IMG/VR virus record: IMGVR_UViG_3300021170_000017
Location: 1,545 to 65,544 of that record
Length of the DNA stretch: 64,000 nucleotides
Reading direction: 5' to 3' (one strand)
Source of the DNA: a virus
Taxonomy: Duplodnaviria; Caudoviricetes
The translations under genes and the position numbers were made by a program. Positions within the stretch are counted from its first letter, which is position 1, and every line of letters begins with the position of its first letter. Under the pieces are notes generated by a model. The model made no database searches, was not told where the DNA came from, and saw nothing but the letters and a program-made list of their open reading frames with translations. This document shows positions 1-8,504 of this stretch, one piece after another.

Positions 1-377
1 CGGATGCTGCGCGTGTAGTTGTCCAGTTTGACGCCACCCGTGGTCTGCCCTTCCATGCAAGCGGGCCCGACTTTGAGGATTCGCCCCACCGTCATCTGGT
101 ATGCCTCGGCTTCCATGGAAACGTCGACCACTTCGATACCGCCGTCGCTCTTGTTGCGCGGCTGCAGCGGCTCGACGACGATCATCCAATAGGCGGGCTC
201 GAACGGGAAGCCGGCGGTCAAGAGGTCAGGCGGCGGCTTATCGGCCTGCATGGCCGCGCGCGCGGCGGCCTCGACCAGGGCATTCGTGGCGGCCGCGCGC
301 GCTTTCGCCACCGCCTGCGTGGCCGGATTAGGCGTATTTGCTGGCTGGGGGCCGAGTGGGCGGGTTGAGTTCATCAT
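1..377 (-). CDS. groES: GroES/Cpn10-like co-chaperonin (partial, runs off left edge)
   Basis: Manual translation (not in ORF track): MMNSTRP...FEPAYWMIVVEPLQPRNKSDGGIEVV...MTVGRILKVGPACMEG, which fits the Cpn10 pattern. GGAGG RBS upstream of ATG 377. Confidence 0.8.
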   Translation of the reverse strand, partial: MMNSTRPLGPQPANTPNPATQAVAKARAAATNALVEAAARAAMQADKPPPDLLTAGFPFEPAYWMIVVEPLQPRNKSDGGIEVVDVSMEAEAYQMTVGRILKVGPACMEGQTTGGVKLDNYTRSI

Positions 378-570
378 CGTCTTGTCCTCCGGTCATACTC
401 TTGATTTGGGCACTGATCTTATCGACGGTGTCGGCGAGCTCCTTGCAGCGACCGACATGCTCGCGGTAACTGTCGATCTCGACACCCCGGGCCATCTTCT
501 CCATGAGTTCGCCGCGCCGCGTGCGCAGCATGATGCGCAGCGAGTCCAAGGCTTCGTAGGCGTCAGTCAT
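328..570 (-). CDS. Conserved small head-module protein preceding GroES
   Basis: MTDAYEALDSLRIMLRTRRGELMEKMARG..DSYREHVG. Resembles the helical ORF usually found between portal and GroES in this phage type. Confidence 0.6.
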   Translation of the reverse strand: MTDAYEALDSLRIMLRTRRGELMEKMARGVEIDSYREHVGRCKELADTVDKISAQIKSMTGGQDDDELNPPTRPPASKYA

Positions 571-958
571 TGGAGAGATTCTCGACGTCTGTCTTGAGCC
601 GGGCCCACCAATCGGCCGGCAACGCCGGGGAGGTGCCCAGGCGCAGCGACACCGTCGGCACCGCGTCGTAGCTCGTGGTCGGGCGCTTGCGCCACCAGAT
701 GTAGCCGCCACCGAGCTCTTTCAGGCGTTCGGTGACCCGGTCGACGACCGCGCGGGCGCGCGCCTGGTCGTGCACCCGGAAGTTGTGATACAGGATCCGC
801 AGCACCAAACGCGACGCTTCCGGATGGCCCTCGGGCTCAATCTCGCCGTTGGGCGTCGACCAGTAATCGAGCGGGATCTCGAAGAAGGCCATCGGCGGCC
901 CGTCGATCTCCATGATGGTGGGCTCATACCGCGCCGGGTCCTGGTAGCGCTTGTTCAC
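563..958 (-). CDS. Hypothetical protein
   Basis: 131-aa ORF overlapping both neighbours in the operon. Confidence 0.55.
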   Translation of the reverse strand: MNKRYQDPARYEPTIMEIDGPPMAFFEIPLDYWSTPNGEIEPEGHPEASRLVLRILYHNFRVHDQARARAVVDRVTERLKELGGGYIWWRKRPTTSYDAVPTVSLRLGTSPALPADWWARLKTDVENLSND

Positions 959-1503
959 GCGGGCAGATACTTCGTGCCGGCAATCAGGCGCTGTTCCTGC
1001 TCGCGCAGAATCTTGTATTCCTCCTCGAGCGTGCGCCCGAGGCGTGGCAGACCCTCTCGGAAGCGGCGGTCATAGTCGCCCACCGCCCAGTAGTTGTACC
1101 AGCCAAAGGCCGGATGAGAGGGCTTCGCGAACGCCACATTCTGGCGCGGTCGCCCGCTGCGTCCCGCCTCGTAACCCGAGTACTGCTGGTAGGCAACGCG
1201 CGTGCGCTCACCCTCCATCGCGTAGAAATCACGCTCGGCGCTCTGGAAGGTTTGCGCCAGATCAAGTGCGGACTCGCCGTCAGTCGACAGGCCGAGCACG
1301 ATGTCCTGGAAACGCTGATTCGCCTGGGCGACCGTGATCTTGTAGTACTCGAGCCATTCGGCAACCTGGGGCACAGTCGGAATCCATATCTGCCCCAGTT
1401 GCGGCAGCGGCAGTGCCTTGACTACCTCACCCGCAACGGCGATCGGTAGCGCGGCAGCCGCGGCGATCGAGACGGTCATCTGTAGGAACTGCCGGCGGTT
1501 CAT
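955..1503 (-). CDS. Hypothetical protein with twin-arginine-like N-terminus
   Basis: MNRRQFLQMTVSIAAAAALPIAVA. ATGA overlap with the upstream ORF. Confidence 0.65.
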   Translation of the reverse strand: MNRRQFLQMTVSIAAAAALPIAVAGEVVKALPLPQLGQIWIPTVPQVAEWLEYYKITVAQANQRFQDIVLGLSTDGESALDLAQTFQSAERDFYAMEGERTRVAYQQYSGYEAGRSGRPRQNVAFAKPSHPAFGWYNYWAVGDYDRRFREGLPRLGRTLEEEYKILREQEQRLIAGTKYLPA

Positions 1504-1670
1504 TTGGCCGTCACACGGGTCGGCAGTTTCGAAAGATCGTGGCCTTTGTCGGCTTGGACGAATTCGTGGGCTACCGATGGCTTGGCCTGGACGCCTTCGC
1601 GCTTGGCGGCCTCCGGGTTGTGCTCCACCCATTCCCAGAAGCGGTGCTCCTTCATTGAACGAGATGGCAT
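1500..1670 (-). CDS. Small conserved phage hypothetical protein
   Basis: MPSRSMKEHRFWEWVEHNPEAAKREGVQAKPSVAHEFVQADKG. Resembles the common phage MPS.S.KQ...VA.EF..ADKG peptides. Confidence 0.6.
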   Translation of the reverse strand: MPSRSMKEHRFWEWVEHNPEAAKREGVQAKPSVAHEFVQADKGHDLSKLPTRVTAK

Positions 1671-1879
1671 CACGGCTTCTCCTCGAACAACAGCGGATAT
1701 TCGGTCGGCAAGCGCTCGTACTCTTCCATGAAGGTCTTGACGGCAGCGCCCGGGAAGACCGGCACGCGCTGGCCACAATCGCAACTGCTGTATGTGTGCC
1801 AGGTGCGCCCGTGGATGACCTCGAGGTTGCACACCGTGATGGGATGGCCGCGCAGCCAGCAACGGAGACGCCTCAGCAT
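1670..1879 (-). CDS. Small Cys/His hypothetical protein
   Basis: MLRRLRCWLRGH...CDCG. Coupled to neighbours. Confidence 0.45.
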   Translation of the reverse strand: MLRRLRCWLRGHPITVCNLEVIHGRTWHTYSSCDCGQRVPVFPGAAVKTFMEEYERLPTEYPLLFEEKP

Positions 1880-2247
1880 CCGCAGCTCCCGTAGCTCTTG
1901 CCGTTGGCTTCGAGCCACCACTCGAGCGGCGTGGTTGCGTCGAGCACCAGATTGACGAAGGGCGCGAACGGGTTTTCGGCTGTGACCGCGCCCAGGCGCT
2001 TCAAGAGATACATGGTCGACAACTGCTCACGTGGGTGGACGTGCAGCGTGTAGATGAACGAGGGGCCCAGGCGTAGCGCGCATTCGGTGAGGCTCAATTC
2101 GGTGCAGGTGCAGGCCGGTCCGAAGCCTTTGTAGCGCTCGGTGCACTGACAATGCGTGAGGAAAAACCGGCAATCCGGGCAACGGGCTCGATCGTCGATG
2201 GCGGACTGGCTGGACACTGCGGCTCCCAGAGAGGCGAGCCGCATCAT
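1873..2247 (-). CDS. Cys-rich hypothetical protein
   Basis: CPDC..HCQC..CTC motifs; operon position. Confidence 0.45.
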   Translation of the reverse strand: MMRLASLGAAVSSQSAIDDRARCPDCRFFLTHCQCTERYKGFGPACTCTELSLTECALRLGPSFIYTLHVHPREQLSTMYLLKRLGAVTAENPFAPFVNLVLDATTPLEWWLEANGKSYGSCGC

Positions 2248-2269
2248 ATGCCAGTCGCAGGCGCGCGTG

Positions 2270-2776
2270 CTAGATGGTGTGCTTGGCGATCGTCTCGCGC
2301 TCGCCGTGGCCGATCACATGCTTCGCGGGTACGGAGCGCTCGCGGCCCATCGCGGCCTGCTCGTTTTCTTCGCGCTCGGGTTCCATCGCCTCCTTGCGAT
2401 TCGCCTTCGAGCTCGCCATGTCCGACTCGCCCTCGGCGCTCTTGACGCCGATCTTGCCGCCATCGCCGATCACATGGTCGGCCTCGACGGTCTCGTGCAT
2501 GATGCCGCGCCCGCCACGCACCTCGTGGTGCTCGCCCTCGCCGGCGTCTTCCTGTTCGCGCTGCGCGCGCCCCTGGGTCGACCGGGTACCGCTCGGGCTG
2601 CGCGCCATGCTCGAACCCTCATCGTCCTTCCCGCCGATCGGCTCATCGTGTTCTTTCGACACGTGCTCCTCGACGTTCTTCTCCTGGTCGCGGCGTGCCG
2701 CGGTACCGGAGCGGGCCATGCTCGAGCCCAAGCCGCGCTCCACTTCCTTATGCTCGTCCTCTCGCTTGATCGTCAT
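2270..2776 (-). CDS. Highly charged, low-complexity protein with internal repeats
   Basis: E/K/H/R/G-rich. SSMARS occurs twice and HVIG twice. Confidence 0.6.
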   Translation of the reverse strand: MTIKREDEHKEVERGLGSSMARSGTAARRDQEKNVEEHVSKEHDEPIGGKDDEGSSMARSPSGTRSTQGRAQREQEDAGEGEHHEVRGGRGIMHETVEADHVIGDGGKIGVKSAEGESDMASSKANRKEAMEPEREENEQAAMGRERSVPAKHVIGHGERETIAKHTI

Positions 2777-3054
2777 GTCTGCTCGCCCTCTTCGTCATCG
2801 GTGGATGGGCCTGCGCCCGGGGGACCCATCGACGGACCCGCGCCCATTTGCGGGCCGGCTCCCATGGGTGGCGCCATCGGCGCCGGCTGTGGTGGTTCGG
2901 CCGGCATCTGGGATGGCCCGGCGCCGCCGTGCATTGCGCCTTCCGGGCGCCCGGGCTGCGCGTGCAAGCGGTTCAACCGCTCGTGCGGGGTACCTGGATC
3001 GGCGCCGCGCGCCGGCCCGTGGGCCTTGTGGCCGTGTTTGGTCTTGGCTGTCAT
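2773..3054 (-). CDS. Pro/Gly-rich disordered protein, paralog of 3051..3371
   Basis: MTAKTKHG...RGADPG...PGRPEGA...GPSTDD. Confidence 0.6.
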   Translation of the reverse strand: MTAKTKHGHKAHGPARGADPGTPHERLNRLHAQPGRPEGAMHGGAGPSQMPAEPPQPAPMAPPMGAGPQMGAGPSMGPPGAGPSTDDEEGEQT

Positions 3055-3371
3055 TGCTGTCCTCCTCCGTCATCGGTTGCGGGGCCCTCGCCCGTGTTCT
3101 GATAGTCCATGGACGGCGGCCCGGCGCTCGGTCCCTCACCCTTGGGCGGTGTCTCGATCGGCTGCGGATACTGCGCATCATCGCGATTGCGATGCTGCGG
3201 CAATTCGCCGGCAGCCTCCTCATTGTCGTCCGTCTCGTTCATCGAGAGCGGCGCACCCTCGGGTCGCCCCGGCCGGCGATGGTCCTTGAGCAGCTGCTCC
3301 TGGGTCGAACCCTCGTCGGCGCCGCGGGTCGGCTCCCCGCCGTAGTAGCCGTGCTTGAGCTTGGCGGTCAT
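3051..3371 (-). CDS. Acidic disordered protein, paralog of 2773..3054
   Basis: MTAKLKHG...RGADEG...PGRPEGA...GPATDD. Confidence 0.6.
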   Translation of the reverse strand: MTAKLKHGYYGGEPTRGADEGSTQEQLLKDHRRPGRPEGAPLSMNETDDNEEAAGELPQHRNRDDAQYPQPIETPPKGEGPSAGPPSMDYQNTGEGPATDDGGGQQ

Positions 3372-3670
3372 TTGAGGTTGCCGGCGCGTAGGTGTTCGCG
3401 CAGCAGGTTCGCGAGGAGTATCACATGGTCGACGTTCGTCAATTCAACGGCGGGAGACTCGTTCTCCAGGTAGAAGGCTGGATCCTTGAGCCACAGCGTC
3501 ACCTCCTGCAGGGTGGCACGCACCTGGTTCACGTCCAGGGGATTGTGGCAGAGAAAGATCTTGCGGCCTTCGCTGTCGACGGCCGCGTGCACGGCGATCG
3601 CAGCGTCCTCGAGCGCCTGGCTGTGCTGGATGTGCGGAACAGGGCGACGCAGCGGATTCGTTTCGTTCAT
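3368..3670 (-). CDS. Hypothetical protein
   Basis: 100-aa ORF with 4-bp overlaps to both neighbours. Confidence 0.55.
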   Translation of the reverse strand: MNETNPLRRPVPHIQHSQALEDAAIAVHAAVDSEGRKIFLCHNPLDVNQVRATLQEVTLWLKDPAFYLENESPAVELTNVDHVILLANLLREHLRAGNLK

Positions 3671-3894
3671 TGGCCACTCCGGAGCCCTTCCTCGAGCGCC
3701 TGCTCGCGGTAGAAGCTCTCATTTTGGCCGCCAGCATAGAGCCGAGCGAGCACCGCGGCAACGCCGGAGAACGGCAGGTCGAGTTCCTGGGCGGCGTTCG
3801 CGAAATGCCGCGGGCTGATGTCCGACGTCCCTGCTTTGAGCTTCTGCCGGAGGAAACCGCGGGCGTTGCGAACATCGGAGGCGGGCGCTGTCAT
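3667..3894 (-). CDS. Hypothetical protein
   Basis: 75-aa ORF coupled to the portal stop codon. Confidence 0.55.
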   Translation of the reverse strand: MTAPASDVRNARGFLRQKLKAGTSDISPRHFANAAQELDLPFSGVAAVLARLYAGGQNESFYREQALEEGLRSGQ

Positions 3895-6605
3895 TTGACG
3901 CTCCCGCCCATATGACTGTCGGCTTCCGCTTCCTCGGCCGCGGCGGCTTGTGCGGTCTCATCCGCCTGCTTCAGACTTTGCTGATGCGAGGCTTCACCCT
4001 GCTCGAGCTGAGTCTCATGCTGTTCCTTCCCCTGATCGAGGCCCTGCTCGTGCGCCTCCTGACTCTGCTCCAGCGACTGTTCGTGCGACTGGACTAATTT
4101 CGCCTGCTCGAGGTTGTGCTGGTCCGTTGCGTGCGTAAGCCCTTGTTCGTGCTGCTGCTCGCCCTGGACTAATTTCTGCACGTGGCCGGCTTCTTTGTGC
4201 CGCAAGTCGACGTGCGCTTTGACCCCGCCGCGGATGGCATCGGTCGCCGCACTCGTATCGATGCGCGCTTCCTGATTGTTGAGCGCCTGATCCTTGCGCC
4301 GCTCTTCGTTGTCGAATGCGATCTGCTTGCGCTTCTCCTCGGCCTGGAACTTCTGCTCGTTCTGGTCGATGGTGGCCTGGCTCGCTTTGGCGGCGAATTC
4401 CAATTTCTGCTGCGCCGCCTGCTGTTCGGCGGACGGGGTGCCGGGCTTAGGCGGCGGATGCGGCAGTTGCGAGATGATCTGCGCCACCCGGTTCGAGATC
4501 TGCTGTTCGGTCTGCGGGTCGAGGCCCTGAGGGTTGCCGTCGGCGTCGAAGTTCACCTGCAGGCCCGCAGCGGCCATCACCTGCTTGTAATAGGCTTTCG
4601 CCATGTGATCGCGGATGTGCGCCTGCATCGCCGGCTGGATGACCTTCTCGAAGACGTCCGGCGGGTAGAGACTCGAGGCGCGCTGCAGCCCGTCCTGGTG
4701 AATCGCGATATGCGCCTTGTCGTCCTGGGTCGGGTACACCTTGACCGGCACGCCGGCGAAGATGTTGGCATTCTCGCCCACGGCATCCAAATACGGCGGC
4801 GTCTTCGCGACCGGGCCGATGGCGTCCAGATTCGGCACCTTGAGTGCCACCAGCATGCGGCGGTGCGCCTCGGCGCGGTGCGGCGGCGGGTAGAGGTCGG
4901 GGGCCTTCTCCTGGAGCTCGAGCACGGCCTGGGCGCGCATCACGCGCTGGGTGTCCGAGCTCACCGCCGGGTCGGTCACGCAGATGACATCGACGCCGGG
5001 CGCGAAGTCGGACTTGAGGAGGAACTGCTCCTCGTCGCCGATCTTGTAGTCGTAGCGGTCCGGCATGAAGTCTTCCATCAGCTCGCAGAGCATTTGCAGC
5101 TCTTGGCTCATGGAGACGTGCAGGCGTTTGTGGATCGCATTGATCGGCTTTTGCGCCTGGTCGATCAGCGCGACCGTGGTGCCGACCGGCCCGGTGTTGT
5201 TGCCATCGCCCACCGCGGCATCCGTCGTGCCGCAGAAACGCTGGCCGGCGTCGACCAAGGCGCCCAGCAACTGGAAGAGCGCGGGACTCGGTTCCTTGAA
5301 CGGCGGCGTGAAGAACGACTTGGCGAGATCCTCGCCCGAGGAGTCCACCTGCTTCCAGACGCCGAACTCGAGCCGGAACTCGCCGGCGAGCTTCGCCTCC
5401 TTGCTGACGAACCCGCCCTGGAAGTTCGCGGCCAGCGCAGCATCGAGCAGGCTGTTGACGGCACCGGAGGCGGCCATCCCTAAACTGCCGATCACATGCG
5501 GATAGCCCCAGCCATAGAACCCTAAGCCGGGCAGGAACTGGTGATGGGCGAACCAGATGCGCTTCTTGTAGTCCGAGTCCTTCTTGCGCCAATTGCGCCG
5601 CACCATCAGGACTTCGTCGTTCGAGGCGTCCAAGACCACGAGGTACGGGCGGCGCCCGATATCGCCCTCCGGCAATTTGCGCATCCCATCGCCCAAGCGA
5701 TCGCAGTCGAGCTGCAGGTCGACGTGGTACTCGAGCATCTCGTACAGACGGTCCGTGTCGTGCATCGACACCTGGCGCTGGTCCGAGATGTCCGCCGCCT
5801 GGTCGTGCTCGGCCTGGCCGACGGCAGGTTGTGGCAGGTAGATGTCCAGGAACATGCCGATCTGCATCGACTTGTCGATGTCCTCGCCGGTCATCGTGAA
5901 CTTCCACGCATAGCGCGGCATGGACTTGAGATCCGTGCCGGCGTAGGGAGCCACGAACTGGGTGCCTTTCACGTAGCGCAGGATCGGCAGGCCGGTCGTG
6001 AAGTCCTGACTCGCCCGGCGCATGGCGCTGCCGCCCATGGGCAGGTACATCGTCATCTTGTCCGTGTCGTTGAAGTAGCCCTCGTCGACGTCGGTCAGGT
6101 AGTGGTTGACGAAGGTGCGGATGCGCTTGGCCCGGGCCATCTTGGGCGCGGTCTGGGTGCCTAGTACTTTCGTTTCCGCGGGGCCGGCCGGCGGGAAGAG
6201 TTCGACGATCGCATTCGCCTGGAAGCGGCTGGTCGCCTCCATCAGCATCGGGTGGGTCGTGTCGTGGCCACCGAGTTGCTCATCGTCGGCATCCGCCACG
6301 GGCTTCGACTTCAACCCCAGCATCTGCATCGAGGTCTTCTCGCGGTTCTCCCAGTCGGCGCGGCTATCCTCGTCCGCCCGGCAGAATTCCTTGAGGCGCA
6401 TGGCCAGGAGCTTGCGCTCCGAGCTCTCCATCAATTCGGCCAAGTTCTCGTCGAAATCGCCCTTCTTGGGGATCCGGGCCTTCAAGGGCGTACCGGCTTC
6501 GACGGTAATCGAACCGTCGGGGGTCCGCGTGATGGTGTGGCCATCGAAGCGAGAGACTCCGGTCTTGACGTCCGGCGTCTGGGTGGCGATCGATTCGTAG
6601 GCCAA
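3891..6605 (-). CDS. Portal protein (podovirus type) with long C-terminal extension
   Basis: 904 aa. Motifs FDENLAE, HPMLMEATSRFQA..ELFPPAGP, FLPGLGFYGWG, GPVGTTVALI, AIHKRLH are typical of this portal family. Confidence 0.9.
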   Translation of the reverse strand: MAYESIATQTPDVKTGVSRFDGHTITRTPDGSITVEAGTPLKARIPKKGDFDENLAELMESSERKLLAMRLKEFCRADEDSRADWENREKTSMQMLGLKSKPVADADDEQLGGHDTTHPMLMEATSRFQANAIVELFPPAGPAETKVLGTQTAPKMARAKRIRTFVNHYLTDVDEGYFNDTDKMTMYLPMGGSAMRRASQDFTTGLPILRYVKGTQFVAPYAGTDLKSMPRYAWKFTMTGEDIDKSMQIGMFLDIYLPQPAVGQAEHDQAADISDQRQVSMHDTDRLYEMLEYHVDLQLDCDRLGDGMRKLPEGDIGRRPYLVVLDASNDEVLMVRRNWRKKDSDYKKRIWFAHHQFLPGLGFYGWGYPHVIGSLGMAASGAVNSLLDAALAANFQGGFVSKEAKLAGEFRLEFGVWKQVDSSGEDLAKSFFTPPFKEPSPALFQLLGALVDAGQRFCGTTDAAVGDGNNTGPVGTTVALIDQAQKPINAIHKRLHVSMSQELQMLCELMEDFMPDRYDYKIGDEEQFLLKSDFAPGVDVICVTDPAVSSDTQRVMRAQAVLELQEKAPDLYPPPHRAEAHRRMLVALKVPNLDAIGPVAKTPPYLDAVGENANIFAGVPVKVYPTQDDKAHIAIHQDGLQRASSLYPPDVFEKVIQPAMQAHIRDHMAKAYYKQVMAAAGLQVNFDADGNPQGLDPQTEQQISNRVAQIISQLPHPPPKPGTPSAEQQAAQQKLEFAAKASQATIDQNEQKFQAEEKRKQIAFDNEERRKDQALNNQEARIDTSAATDAIRGGVKAHVDLRHKEAGHVQKLVQGEQQHEQGLTHATDQHNLEQAKLVQSHEQSLEQSQEAHEQGLDQGKEQHETQLEQGEASHQQSLKQADETAQAAAAEEAEADSHMGGSVK

Positions 6606-6666
6606 GGTCCGCTCCAGGAGAGGGGGTCGGACGCGAGGTTACCGCGTGGGGCGGGGCCTCGACATG

Positions 6667-6870
6667 TCAGCGGTTGGCTCTGTTGGCGAATTGAGCGGCG
6701 GCTTCGGCTCTTAGCTTCGGGAGTTTGCGCAGTTCGCGCTTCAGGCGCCGGCGGTCGATCAGATGCCAATCAAGCCACTGGCGGCGTGGGTCGAAGACAC
6801 CGCCTTCACAAAAGCGGCCCAAGTTCAAATCTTCGACCAGTTCGCTGGAGACTCTGACCCGTTTGCTCAA
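6667..6870 (-). CDS. Hypothetical protein
   Basis: 67-aa ORF in operon. Confidence 0.4.
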   Translation of the reverse strand: MSKRVRVSSELVEDLNLGRFCEGGVFDPRRQWLDWHLIDRRRLKRELRKLPKLRAEAAAQFANRANR

Positions 6871-7052
6871 TTGAAGTCGAGCTCCTCGAGGTCCCCGTCA
6901 TCGTCGTGATACTCATCGTCGTATTGCGTACCGTCGTCGCGCTCGCGGTCCATGGGCTCCAATGGCAGCGGGTCGGGTATCGCCTCTTCGGGCGGTTCCT
7001 GCGGCGGCAGGCGCAGGTCCTCGGAGGGTTTGTTGCCGCGGCGGCCGCTCAT
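6867..7052 (-). CDS. Small acidic hypothetical protein
   Basis: D/E-rich C-terminus; 4-bp overlap with the next ORF. Confidence 0.45.
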   Translation of the reverse strand: MSGRRGNKPSEDLRLPPQEPPEEAIPDPLPLEPMDRERDDGTQYDDEYHDDDGDLEELDFN

Positions 7053-7175
7053 CGGTCGTCCCGGGTCAGCACGACTCCGCCCTCATCGTCTTGGGTCACC
7101 GTCCAATGCCGGGCCTCCTCGAGTGCAGCCGGGTCGGCCTTCGGAATGATCTCCTGCGTGTATTCGATTGCCTCG

Positions 7176-7514
7176 TTAGATTCCACCGACGATCTCTCCC
7201 TGGGTGATGTTGCCGTGCCAATGTCCCGCCGCGCCAGCGTTCAGGCTGGGCGTGACGGTGAGGGTATCGAACGGCACGCTGCTCGGGAAGTTCCACGCCA
7301 TCTCTTCCTTGCAGAGTACGGTGTCGACGGGATAGGCCGGCGGGTGTGCTTCGTTACCGTCCCAGCCCAAAAGGTGGCGCCAGACGATCTCGCGCTGCTG
7401 CCAGGTGTCCATCGCGACGTTCTTGCAGGTCAGGAATACGTTCTGGCAGTGCGGGCAGAGGAAGGCGAAAACGTTCGGCGTGAGCCAGCGGGGCAAGAGG
7501 TCGACTAAGCGCAT
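7176..7514 (-). CDS. DUF6527-like protein
   Basis: FLCPHC...WNF...LTVTPSLNA...HWHGNITQGEI matches the remembered DUF6527 pattern (CP.C...T..PSI...HG.I..G). Confidence 0.6.
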   Translation of the reverse strand: MRLVDLLPRWLTPNVFAFLCPHCQNVFLTCKNVAMDTWQQREIVWRHLLGWDGNEAHPPAYPVDTVLCKEEMAWNFPSSVPFDTLTVTPSLNAGAAGHWHGNITQGEIVGGI

Positions 7515-7517
7515 AAC

Positions 7518-7841
7518 CTACCGGTGCTTGCGCATATAACGGGCCCGGCGTGCATATTTGCGGGCAAGGCGCGACTCAGCGCGCTCGCGGGCGAGTTTGG
7601 CCACCGCCGTGGGGCCGTGCTCGTCATTGAACTCGGCGCCGCTGTAGGCGTACGCGAGCTCGGGCAGATTGGTCGGCAGCGGGATATCAATCTCGACCCG
7701 CTCGAGGCTGCCCTTGCTCAAGCGTGAGGGCGGGATGGGTCCGGATCCCATGGGATGGGGCAGCGACGTCAGAGCGACCCCATCGCCGCCAGGAAATAGC
7801 GTGGCAGCAACGCACAGCGGGATCAAGCCGCCGGGGCTCAT
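7518..7841 (-). CDS. Hypothetical protein
   Basis: 107-aa ORF with basic C-terminus. Confidence 0.45.
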   Translation of the reverse strand: MSPGGLIPLCVAATLFPGGDGVALTSLPHPMGSGPIPPSRLSKGSLERVEIDIPLPTNLPELAYAYSGAEFNDEHGPTAVAKLARERAESRLARKYARRARYMRKHR

Positions 7842-8278
7842 CCGGGCACTACCAGGTAGCGCCAGTGGCCGTCGATCTTCTCGAGGATGCGGCCGCCGGT
7901 GTCTGCCTGGTGCATGCGCGACGGCAGGCAGACCGGTTTGACGTTCTTGACAGACGCGAGCGCCAAGTTGTCGAGGAATCGTCGGTCGATGGCGCGTGAC
8001 TCCGCTGGCGTGATCAGACGGTTACTCCCAAAGGCGCCGCGCGGATCGGTCCAACCGACCGAATACCGGAAGGCGTCGGTCATGTCATTGCTTGCGCGGT
8101 CGATTTCCTCAAGCACCTCGAAGAGCGCCGGGTCCGGCTGCTTGAACGGCAGCGAATTGATCCAGCCGCCGTCAGGAGGCAGAAAGAAGGTGCGCTTGGG
8201 GACCAGGAGCTCCGGCACCGCGATCGCGGCGGCCGCGCCGGCGAGACATCCTAAGAACCCGCGCCGACTAACTCGCAT
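7838..8278 (-). CDS. Twin-arginine-like protein containing a capsid C-terminus-like peptide
   Basis: MRVSRRGFLGCLAGAAAAIAVP. Internal RYSVGWTDPRGAFGS resembles the MCP end RYSQGWTNPRGAAAS. Confidence 0.6.
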   Translation of the reverse strand: MRVSRRGFLGCLAGAAAAIAVPELLVPKRTFFLPPDGGWINSLPFKQPDPALFEVLEEIDRASNDMTDAFRYSVGWTDPRGAFGSNRLITPAESRAIDRRFLDNLALASVKNVKPVCLPSRMHQADTGGRILEKIDGHWRYLVVPG

Positions 8279-8504
8279 CGTCGACCGCCTTATCGGCTGC
8301 GCTGGTCGCATTCTTCATGGCCTGCGCCGCGCCACTCACGGTGGTATCGACCTTGTCCGCCGAGGGTGCCGGCTTAGGAGGCGCGGCGGCGGGTTTCGCC
8401 GGCGGCGGATCGCCGTCATCGTCGTCCTTCGATGCCAGGCCGATCGACTGGGCGAAGCGGTGCAGCGTACCTTGCATGAAATCTCGATTGCTGCGCCCGG
8501 GCAT
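8268..8504 (-). CDS. Small Pro/Ala-rich hypothetical protein
   Basis: 78-aa ORF coupled to the DUF3309 gene stop. Confidence 0.5.
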   Translation of the reverse strand: MPGRSNRDFMQGTLHRFAQSIGLASKDDDDGDPPPAKPAAAPPKPAPSADKVDTTVSGAAQAMKNATSAADKAVDDAS

